Positions 42,555 through 49,111 of a DNA stretch of 49,111 bases are shown piece after piece. Source of the DNA: Caldilineales bacterium (GTDB lineage: Bacteria > Chloroflexota > Anaerolineae > J102); NCBI GenBank assembly GCA_013360575.1, contig JABWBG010000001.1, forward strand, positions 1-49,111, read 5' to 3'. The notes beneath the pieces are model-generated. The model did no database searches. It was not told the DNA's origin and saw only the letters and a program-made list of their open reading frames with translations. Both the position numbers and the translations under genes were made by a program. Each line of letters begins with the position of its first letter. The first letter of the stretch is position 1.

Positions 42555-42584
42555 TTGGACGCTGCCCCTCTCTGCCGATATAAT
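42555..42584 (+). promoter_or_regulatory. Candidate recJ promoter
   Basis: TTGGAC (42555-42560), an 18-nt spacer, then TATAAT (42579-42584). A short leader carries AGAGGA before ATG 42605. Confidence 0.45.
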
Positions 42585-42604
42585 GAGGGCCAGAGGATAC
42601 CCCT

Positions 42605-44338
42605 ATGCCCACTCCGACCATTCGCTGGGAAGTGCCGCCGCCGGCACCGCCCGCCATCCATGCCCGCCTCAGCCACCTCCACCCCATCATCGTGCAGGTG
42701 CTCTACAATCGCGGGCTGGCCGATGTCGAAGATGTGGCCGAATTCTTCGGCCAGCGCCGGCGCCCCGATGATCCCTTCCGCATCAAAGGTGTGAGTCAGG
42801 CTGTCACCCGCCTGCGTCAGGCCATCCGCCGTCAGGAGCCGATCGCGGTCTACGGCGATTTTGACGCGGACGGCGTCACGGCCACCGCCCTGATGGTGCA
42901 AACCCTCGCCGCCTTCGGGGCCGACGTCATGCCCTACATCCCCCACCGCGTGGATGAAGGCTACGGCCTCAACAACGAAGCCCTGAAATGGCTGCACGAT
43001 CAGGGCGTGCGCGTGGTGCTCACCGTCGATTGCGGCATCCGCGCGGTAGCCGAAGCGACCTACGCCGCCAACCTGGGCCTGGAGATGATCATTTCCGACC
43101 ATCACTCCATCGGCCCCACCCTGCCCCCGGCCCTGGCCGTGATCAACCCCCGGCAAGCAGACTGCTCCTATCATTTCGACGCCTTCGCCGGCGTGGGTGT
43201 GGCCTTCAAGCTGGCCCAGGCCCTGCTGCGGGCCGAGGCCGCCGCCCCGATCGCCGCCGCGCCGGTGCAACTGGTCGAGGAAGACCTGCTCGATCTGGCG
43301 GCGGTGGGCACGGTGGCCGATATCATGCCCCTGCGCGGGGAGAACCGGCTGCTGGTGCAGCGGGGACTGATCGAGTTGCAACGGGGCCGGCGGCCCGGCC
43401 TGCGCGCCCTGGCCAAACAGGCCCGCACCCCCCTGGAAAAGATCGACGCCGCCGCCATTGGCTTCCGCCTGGGGCCGCGGCTGAATGCAGCCGGACGCCT
43501 GCACAGCGCCGTCCTGGCCTACGACCTGCTCATGGCCGCGGACGACCAGACAGCCGAGCCGCTGGCCCATCAATTGGACGCCCTCAACCAGGAACGCCAA
43601 CGCCTGACGCAAGAGGCGGTGAAATGGGCCGAGACCGAGTTGGGCGACAACCCGGCCGAGAATGTGCTCCTCGTGGCCCGCGCCGGCCTGAACCCCGGCA
43701 TCGTCGGCCTGATCGCCAGCCGCCTGAAGGAGCAGTACTATCGCCCCGCCCTCGTCGTCGATCTGGGCGAAGAGGAGGCGCGCGGCTCGGCCCGCAGCAT
43801 TCCCGCCTTCCACATCACCGAGGCCCTGGATCAGTGCGCGGACTTGCTGACGCGCTACGGCGGCCACGCTGCGGCCGCGGGTTTCACCCTGCACCGCCGC
43901 CACCTGCCCGCCCTGCGCCAGCGCCTCAACGCCATCGCCGCCGAACGCCTGGCCCCCGACACGCGGGTGCAACACCTACCGGTTGACGCGGTCGTACACT
44001 TCAAAGATCTTGATTTCGCGCTGCTGGCCAGGCTGCGCGAGCTGGAACCGACCGGAGCCGAAAACCCTCCCCCCACCTTCGCCGCCGCCGACCTGCTGGT
44101 GCAGGGCTTCCGCCGCGTGGGCGGCGACGCCAGCCACCTCAAGATCAAACTCTCCGACGGCCAGATCACCTACGAGGGCATCGGCTTTGGCCTGGGCGAA
44201 CGCGCCCTCGACCTGCCCATGCGCGTCGATGTGGCCTTCGAATTGAACGAAAATGTGTGGAATACCCACCGATCCCTGGAATTGATGATCAAAGATATTC
44301 AGCCCGCGGGCAGAGGAATCCCCCATGAATCTGTTTAG
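42605..44338 (+). CDS. recJ: Single-stranded-DNA-specific exonuclease RecJ
   Basis: 577 aa. DHH-family motifs VYGDFDADGVT, DCG and ISDHHS, plus the DHHA1 region. Confidence 0.95.
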   Translation: MPTPTIRWEVPPPAPPAIHARLSHLHPIIVQVLYNRGLADVEDVAEFFGQRRRPDDPFRIKGVSQAVTRLRQAIRRQEPIAVYGDFDADGVTATALMVQTLAAFGADVMPYIPHRVDEGYGLNNEALKWLHDQGVRVVLTVDCGIRAVAEATYAANLGLEMIISDHHSIGPTLPPALAVINPRQADCSYHFDAFAGVGVAFKLAQALLRAEAAAPIAAAPVQLVEEDLLDLAAVGTVADIMPLRGENRLLVQRGLIELQRGRRPGLRALAKQARTPLEKIDAAAIGFRLGPRLNAAGRLHSAVLAYDLLMAADDQTAEPLAHQLDALNQERQRLTQEAVKWAETELGDNPAENVLLVARAGLNPGIVGLIASRLKEQYYRPALVVDLGEEEARGSARSIPAFHITEALDQCADLLTRYGGHAAAAGFTLHRRHLPALRQRLNAIAAERLAPDTRVQHLPVDAVVHFKDLDFALLARLRELEPTGAENPPPTFAAADLLVQGFRRVGGDASHLKIKLSDGQITYEGIGFGLGERALDLPMRVDVAFELNENVWNTHRSLELMIKDIQPAGRGIPHESV

Positions 44339-44546
44339 ACGCCTTCACGGCCCCCTGAAAGCGGGCGTCATCGCCGCGCTGCTGGGCATGGCGCTGGCCA
44401 TCATCGGCATCCTGCGCGGCAATGTGCCCCTGAACCTCCTCAGCATCTTCATGGCCCTGGCGATCAGCGGCCTGGCCTGGGGCGTAGTCACCTGGGCCAT
44501 TGCCACCGCCGCCTGCGACGTGGAAAACGACCTCGAAGACGCCTGA
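44325..44546 (+). CDS. Small two-TM membrane protein
   Basis: 73 aa with two hydrophobic helices. Overlaps the recJ 3' end by 14 nt. No family recognised. Confidence 0.5.
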   Translation: MNLFRRLHGPLKAGVIAALLGMALAIIGILRGNVPLNLLSIFMALAISGLAWGVVTWAIATAACDVENDLEDA

Positions 44547-44551
44547 AACCC

Positions 44552-45346
44552 ATGTCCCCTTCCCCCCGCCTCGCCCTGCCCTACCACGCCTGGCTGATCG
44601 ATATGGACGGCGTGATCTACCGCGGGCGGCAGGCGCTGCCCGCGGCCGCGGCGTTCATCCACGCCCTGCAAGCCGGCGATCATCCCTTTCTATTCCTCAC
44701 CAACAACGCCACCAAGACGCCGGCCCAAAACGCGCAGCATCTGGCGCAGATCGGCATCCACGTCCCCCCCGCCAGCATCTTCACCGCCGCCCTGGCCGCC
44801 GCCGCCTACCTGCAACAGCAGCTGCCCCCCCCCGCCCGCGTGCTGATCATCGGCGGGAAGGGCATCCAGCAAGCCCTGCCGGCCGCGGGCTATGAGGTTG
44901 TCACCCAGGCCGACGCCGCCGAGATCGTGGTCAGCGGGCTGGATCAGCAGGTGTGCTACGCGCAGCTGGCCGAAGCCGCGCTGGCCATCCGCCGCGGCTG
45001 CCCCTGGATCGCCACCAACCCCGACCCCACCCTGCCCAGCGAGCGCGGGGAACTGCCCGGCGCCGGCGCGCTGCTGGCCTTTCTGGCCGCGGCCAGCGGA
45101 CGCACGCCCCTGATTATCGGCAAGCCGGAGCCGCCGATCTTTGCCATGGCCCTGGCCCGGCTGGGCGCAGACGCGCCGCAGACGGTCATCGTCGGCGATC
45201 GCCTGGAAACCGACATCCGCGGCGGCCAGAACGCGGGCCTGCACACCATCTGCGTGCTCACCGGCGTCAGTTCCGCCGCCGACGCCGCCGCCTTCACCCC
45301 CCCACCCGACCACATCCTCCCCGACCTGCGAGCGTTGCTGACGTGA
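44552..45346 (+). CDS. HAD-IIA family hydrolase (NagD-like)
   Basis: [13 protein letters not shown] and [11 protein letters not shown] motifs. Confidence 0.85.
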   Translation: MSPSPRLALPYHAWLIDMDGVIYRGRQALPAAAAFIHALQAGDHPFLFLTNNATKTPAQNAQHLAQIGIHVPPASIFTAALAAAAYLQQQLPPPARVLIIGGKGIQQALPAAGYEVVTQADAAEIVVSGLDQQVCYAQLAEAALAIRRGCPWIATNPDPTLPSERGELPGAGALLAFLAAASGRTPLIIGKPEPPIFAMALARLGADAPQTVIVGDRLETDIRGGQNAGLHTICVLTGVSSAADAAAFTPPPDHILPDLRALLT

Positions 45347-46425
45347 TCCCTCTTCTCGACCTCACCCGCGCCGGTGTGCGCGACCTGCTTGCCACCTGGG
45401 GCGAGCCTGTGTACCGCGGCGACCAGATCTACGACTGGCTGCACAAAAGCCTGGTCACCGACCCGGAGCAGATGACGAACCTGCCCAAAACCCTGCGCGC
45501 CCGTCTCGCCGCCGAGACCCACATCACCCCCCTCAGCTTGATCACGCAGATCGATAGCCGCGACCGCCTGACACGCAAGGCGCTGTTTGGCCTGCGCGAT
45601 GGCGCCACGATCGAGACGGTGCTGATGCTCTACAACCAGCGGCGCACGCTCTGCATCTCCACACAGGTGGGCTGCGCCATGGGCTGCACCTTTTGCGCCA
45701 CGGCCCAGGGCGGGCTGCTGCGCAATCTCAGCCCCGGCGAGATCCTGGCCCAGGCGCACTGGTTCGAACGCTGGCTGCGGCAGGAAGAGGACGCGGCCGC
45801 GCCCTTGCGCGTGCCGCGGCCCAGCCACCTCACCAACATCGTGGTCATGGGCATGGGCGAGCCGCTGGCCAACTACAACGCCCTCATGCAGGCCCTGCGC
45901 GGCCTGGCCGACCCGGAGACCTTTGCCCTCTCGGCCCGCAGCATCACCCTTTCCACCGTTGGCCTCGTGCCGATGATCGATCGCCTGGCCGCCGAAGATC
46001 TGCCTGTGCGCCTGGCCATCTCTCTGCACGCGGCCAGCAACCGCCTGCGCGGCCAGCTGGTGCCGATCAACAAACATTATCCCCTGGAGGCGCTGATCGC
46101 GGCCTGCCATCGCTATCAAACGCAGACCCACCGCCGCATCACCTTCGAATATGCCCTGATGCAGGGCATCAACGACGCCCCCGATCAGGCCGCGGCCCTG
46201 GCCGACCTGCTGGTGGGCCTGCGCTGTCATGTCAACCTCATCCCCCTCAACCCCATCCCCAACTCGCCCTACCAACCCACCAGCCCCGAAGCCGCGGCCC
46301 GTTTTCAACAGGTTTTGCTCGACGCCAACATCCCCACCACGGTGCGCCTGCGCCGCGGCATCGAGATCAACGCCGGCTGCGGCCAATTGCGCCAGGCCGA
46401 ACAACAGGTAATGATTAAAAATTAA
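45343..46425 (+). CDS. rlmN: 23S rRNA/tRNA adenine-C2 methyltransferase (radical SAM)
   Basis: The GTG start overlaps the upstream TGA. Radical-SAM [10 protein letters not shown] and the GEPLAN motif are present. The last codons MIKN* lie in the AT-rich repeat. Confidence 0.9.
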   Translation: MIPLLDLTRAGVRDLLATWGEPVYRGDQIYDWLHKSLVTDPEQMTNLPKTLRARLAAETHITPLSLITQIDSRDRLTRKALFGLRDGATIETVLMLYNQRRTLCISTQVGCAMGCTFCATAQGGLLRNLSPGEILAQAHWFERWLRQEEDAAAPLRVPRPSHLTNIVVMGMGEPLANYNALMQALRGLADPETFALSARSITLSTVGLVPMIDRLAAEDLPVRLAISLHAASNRLRGQLVPINKHYPLEALIAACHRYQTQTHRRITFEYALMQGINDAPDQAAALADLLVGLRCHVNLIPLNPIPNSPYQPTSPEAAARFQQVLLDANIPTTVRLRRGIEINAGCGQLRQAEQQVMIKN

Positions 46426-46472
46426 TGATTAATGATTAAAAAATTCCCCATACAACGCTTTAATCATTAATC
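46421..46472. repeat. AT-rich hairpin of the TTAATGATTAA family
   Basis: GATTAATGATTAAA (46427-46440) pairs with TTTAATCATTAATC (46459-46472), with an 18-nt loop. The left arm begins inside the rlmN stop codon. Confidence 0.9.
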
Positions 46473-46501
46473 TTCAATCATCGATCAACAAAACCGGAAC
46501 C

Positions 46502-47953
46502 GTGACTCGCACCCTGTTCATGGGCACGCCCGATTTCGCCGTGCCCAGCCTGCAAGCCCTGCTCGACCATCCCCAGATCGAAGTAATCGGCGTGGTCACC
46601 CAGCCTGACCGCGCCGCGGGCCGCGGGCGCGCGGTGCAGGTCTCGCCGGTGAAGGAACTGGCCCTGGCCCATGGCCTGGCGGTGCAGCAGCCGCAGCGCC
46701 TGCGCGATCCCGAAGCCTTTGCCGCCCTGGCCGCGCTGCAACCGGAACTGATCGTGGTGGCCGCGTTTGGGCAGATCCTGCGCCCGCAGGTGCTGGAACT
46801 GCCCCGCCACGGCTGTCTCAACGTCCACGCCTCTCTGCTGCCCCGCTGGCGAGGGGCCGCGCCGGTGGCTGCCGCGCTCCTGGCCGGCGACGCCCTCACC
46901 GGCAGCACGATCATGCGCCTGGACGCAGGCATGGACACCGGCCCCCTCCTGGCCCAGGCCGCGGAAGTGATCCGAACGGAGGACACCGCGGCCAGTCTCA
47001 GCGCCCGCCTGGCCCGCCAGGGCGCCGACTTGCTGGCCGCCATCCTGCCCTGCTACCTGGCCGGCCAACTCCCCGCCCGCCCGCAAGACCATGAGCAGGC
47101 CGCCCTCTGCCGGCCCCTGCAAAAAGAGCAGGCCCGCATCGACTGGACCCTGCCCGCGGCGCAGATCGAACGCATGACGCGCGCCTACGATCCCTGGCCC
47201 GGCGCCTTCACCTTCTGGGCGGGCCAGCATCTCAAGATCGGCGCGGCGCGGGTCGTGGCCGGCGAAGCCGCGCCGGGGCAAGTCGTGGCCTGGGAGGACA
47301 GGGCAGCCGTGGGCACAGGCGCGGGGCTGCTCATCCTCGACCGCCTGCAACTGGCCGGCAAACGCATGCTCGACAGCGCCGAGGAGCTGATCAGCGAGAA
47401 GGGCTTCGCGGACGTGCCGGTGGCGGAGATCGCGCGGCGGGCGGGCTTCTCGGTCGGCGCGGTCTACGCCCGCTTCCGGGACAAGGACGCGCTCCTCCGC
47501 TGCCTCGAGGACCGGCTGATCCAGGAGACCCGCGCCACCGCCGATGCCGCCCTCGATCCGGCGCGCTGGAAGGGCGCCTCGATCGCCGAGATCGCCGAGG
47601 AGCTGATCGCCTTCCTGGTGCAGATCCACCGGGAACGGCTCGGCATCCTGCGCGAGCTCCTGGGCCGTGCGCACGCCGAGCCGGAGGCGGGAGTGCAGAT
47701 CGAGCAGACGATCGCCTACATCTGCGAGCGCCTGCACGCGCTCCTGCTCGCGCGCCCGGAGGAGATCCATCATCCGGAGCCGGCGCTGGCCGCGCGCTTC
47801 GCCGGCCACCTGGTGCTCGGCGCGCTGAACGAGGCGGTGCTCTTCTCCGGGCCCGGCGCCTCCGGCGTGCCGCGATCCGACGAGAAGCTGGCCCGCGAGC
47901 TGACGCGCGCCTTCCTGGGCTACCTCGGTGTGAGGGAGCCCGCGGTCCCCTGA
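46502..47953 (+). CDS. fmt: Methionyl-tRNA formyltransferase (C-terminally truncated) fused in frame to a TetR-like HTH domain
   Basis: Residues 1-288 are Fmt (MGTPDFAVPSL, HASLLPRWRGAAP, ..LQLAGKR). From ATG 47366 onward the sequence MLDSAEELISEKGFADVPVAEIARRAGFSVGAVYARFRDKDAL is a TetR N-terminal HTH followed by a ligand-domain-length tail. No stop codon separates the two parts. Confidence 0.7.
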   Translation: MTRTLFMGTPDFAVPSLQALLDHPQIEVIGVVTQPDRAAGRGRAVQVSPVKELALAHGLAVQQPQRLRDPEAFAALAALQPELIVVAAFGQILRPQVLELPRHGCLNVHASLLPRWRGAAPVAAALLAGDALTGSTIMRLDAGMDTGPLLAQAAEVIRTEDTAASLSARLARQGADLLAAILPCYLAGQLPARPQDHEQAALCRPLQKEQARIDWTLPAAQIERMTRAYDPWPGAFTFWAGQHLKIGAARVVAGEAAPGQVVAWEDRAAVGTGAGLLILDRLQLAGKRMLDSAEELISEKGFADVPVAEIARRAGFSVGAVYARFRDKDALLRCLEDRLIQETRATADAALDPARWKGASIAEIAEELIAFLVQIHRERLGILRELLGRAHAEPEAGVQIEQTIAYICERLHALLLARPEEIHHPEPALAARFAGHLVLGALNEAVLFSGPGASGVPRSDEKLARELTRAFLGYLGVREPAVP

Positions 47954-47983
47954 TCGACCCCAGCGAAACGGAGCACACGAGCC

Positions 47984-48421
47984 ATGGCGTTCAAGTTCCC
48001 GTCTCTCGACTTCTTCCGCGAGCTGGCCCGCCGCATGAACGCGGACCGGGCCACCTTCGAGAAGCTCGGCTTCTGCGACACCGTGATGGGGGTGCGGGTG
48101 CAGGGCCCGACGCCGCACCTCTACGCGCTGACCTTCGAGGTGTTCGACTGCAGCGACGTCCGTGAGATCGGCGACGCGCGCGAGGCCGAGCTCGACTTCA
48201 CGCTCGAGGCCCCCCTGGACCTGTGGCGCGCGATGCTCGAGTCGATCCGCGAGCACGGCCGGCCCGCGCCCGAGTACACGCTGAACAGCCTCTCGCACCT
48301 CGGCAACCGCATGCGCGTGGTCTACGACGACCCCGAGGGCCACGACAAGCTGTACCGCTTCATGGCGACCCTGCAGGCCTACTTCGACAACGCTCGCGAT
48401 CTCGAGATCGAGTGGGCCTGA
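47984..48421 (+). CDS. SCP2-like sterol/lipid-carrier-fold protein
   Basis: 145 aa. FPSLDFFRELARRMN...FTLEAPLDLWRAMLE...YRFMATLQAYF resembles SCP2-domain proteins. GC3 is very high. Confidence 0.5.
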   Translation: MAFKFPSLDFFRELARRMNADRATFEKLGFCDTVMGVRVQGPTPHLYALTFEVFDCSDVREIGDAREAELDFTLEAPLDLWRAMLESIREHGRPAPEYTLNSLSHLGNRMRVVYDDPEGHDKLYRFMATLQAYFDNARDLEIEWA

Positions 48422-48445
48422 GCCCACTTCGGAGGTGACGACGAG

Positions 48446-49111
48446 ATGAGCTACTACGGCACCAACGACTACGCCTACAACTCGGACTTCTCGCTCCGCG
48501 TCCGTGACATGAAGAAGGGAAACCTCGACCTCGGCTGGCTCGAGCAGGCGCGCGAGCGGGTCGAGGTGCGTCCGCGCGATCGCCGGCGCGGCCTCGAGAT
48601 CTCCGACTGCGAGGTGGGCCCCTACGCGATCGACGCGCTCGACGACGTCGTGCGCGACAACCGCGGCCTGGCGCCGCGGGGAGCGATCCTCCCGGCCGGC
48701 TACCAGCCCGACCTCGGACCCGACCTGAACAAGCGGACCGACGTCTGGGCCTACCGCGTCCAGCGCTACTGGGAAGAGGCCGTGAGCCGGCAGTGGAACG
48801 TCTCGACCGACGTTCCCTGGCGGGACCTCGCGAAGTACGAGATCCCGCTCGAGCTGGAGATCGCCTTCTGCCAGCTCTGCACGCTGCTGTCCGAGGTGGA
48901 GATGATCGCCACGGACCTGCCGGCGAAGTGGAGCCACCACATGAACAGCTACTTCCAGGAGGTGAAGGGCTTCATCGCCAGCCAGTGCATCGACGAGGCG
49001 CGGCACAGCGAGGTGTTCCGGAAGCGCGCCCTGGCCAACGGCGTCGGCCTGCTCAAGGCGAGCGTCCGCAGCGAGCACGCGCTCAAGGGCATCCTCGAGG
49101 CGGACAGCTAC
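48446..49111 (+). CDS. Ferritin-like di-iron-carboxylate protein (partial; runs off the window end)
   Basis: SD GGAGGTG lies 8 nt before ATG 48446, followed by 222 codons with no stop. It is not in the ORF track because it is open-ended. Motifs W..STDVPW, LLSEVEMIA and CIDEARHSEVF (E...ExxH-type) are present. Confidence 0.6.
   Translation, partial: MSYYGTNDYAYNSDFSLRVRDMKKGNLDLGWLEQARERVEVRPRDRRRGLEISDCEVGPYAIDALDDVVRDNRGLAPRGAILPAGYQPDLGPDLNKRTDVWAYRVQRYWEEAVSRQWNVSTDVPWRDLAKYEIPLELEIAFCQLCTLLSEVEMIATDLPAKWSHHMNSYFQEVKGFIASQCIDEARHSEVFRKRALANGVGLLKASVRSEHALKGILEADSY

Noticed and set aside
46478-49078. 866-aa minus-strand ORF spanning fmt, the TetR-like region, the SCP2-like gene and the di-iron gene.
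   Set aside because: It is antisense to four plus-strand genes that have SDs and conserved motifs. It is the same high-GC artefact.
1-49111. tRNA, rRNA, tmRNA, RNase P or group II intron/retron-type elements.
   Set aside because: I scanned intergenic regions by eye for T-loop (GGTTCGAATCC-like) and other hallmark motifs and found none. No reverse transcriptase or transposase ORF is present. A tRNAscan/Infernal run would be needed to exclude small RNAs formally.

Overview
A 49.1-kb high-GC bacterial chromosomal window, with coding GC3 roughly 80-85% by eye. PT-rich lipoprotein linkers, a T-box on trpE and several leaderless-type promoters would fit a Chloroflexota-like organism, but taxonomy cannot be proven from this sequence.

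Layout:
1. 0.28-6.81 kb is a low-GC accessory island. Seven short gene modules all lie on the + strand: HigB/XRE, a DUF3592 protein, a membrane protein plus a YgiT zinc ribbon, HicAB, BrnT plus partner, and MazEF. Each module is followed by a GC-rich imperfect hairpin whose ends match integron attC boxes (R'' GCCTAAC, L'' GTTCCAGC, L' GCTGAAC, R' GTTAGGC). I read this as an integron-type cassette array.
2. 6.86-7.13 kb holds a decayed, 5'-truncated integron-integrase-like remnant on the - strand.
3. 7.1-23.6 kb is an aromatic-acid style cluster. It contains a UbiD-family (de)carboxylase, a Tm-1-like/UPF0261 protein, an atypical HAD hydrolase, a split PEP-synthase-like kinase pair with phenylphosphate-synthase architecture, a Nudix hydrolase, a histidine phosphatase, a PaaK-like ligase, a SnoaL-like protein, a benzoate-CoA-ligase-family enzyme and a LivKGFHM-type ABC importer.
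4. 23.8-31.8 kb carries the trp genes in two blocks: trpF-nudix-trpB-trpA, then a Trp T-box leader followed by trpE-G-D-C.
5. 32.2-46.4 kb is housekeeping: FAD oxidoreductase, argG, argJ, two GT2 glycosyltransferases, a flippase-like protein, an HD protein, an SH3 protein, a PaaI thioesterase, GDPD, recJ, a HAD-IIA hydrolase and rlmN.
6. 46.5-49.1 kb has fmt reading without a stop into a TetR-like domain. Codon usage changes abruptly at about 47,366, followed by an SCP2-like gene and a partial ferritin-like gene.

The least conventional signal is in the intergenic DNA of the housekeeping part. Stop codons are followed within a few nucleotides by G/T-rich 7-21-nt tandem repeats. These lead to an AT-rich TTAATSATTAA palindrome and then C/A-rich tandem repeats, often the reverse complement of the first arm, running up to the next start codon, which usually lacks a Shine-Dalgarno sequence. 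In three genes the AT palindrome supplies the last codons and the stop, giving tails MINH*, MIND* and MIKN*.

I saw no rRNA, tRNA or CRISPR array. All calls come from reading the sequence and the ORF track; no searches were run.
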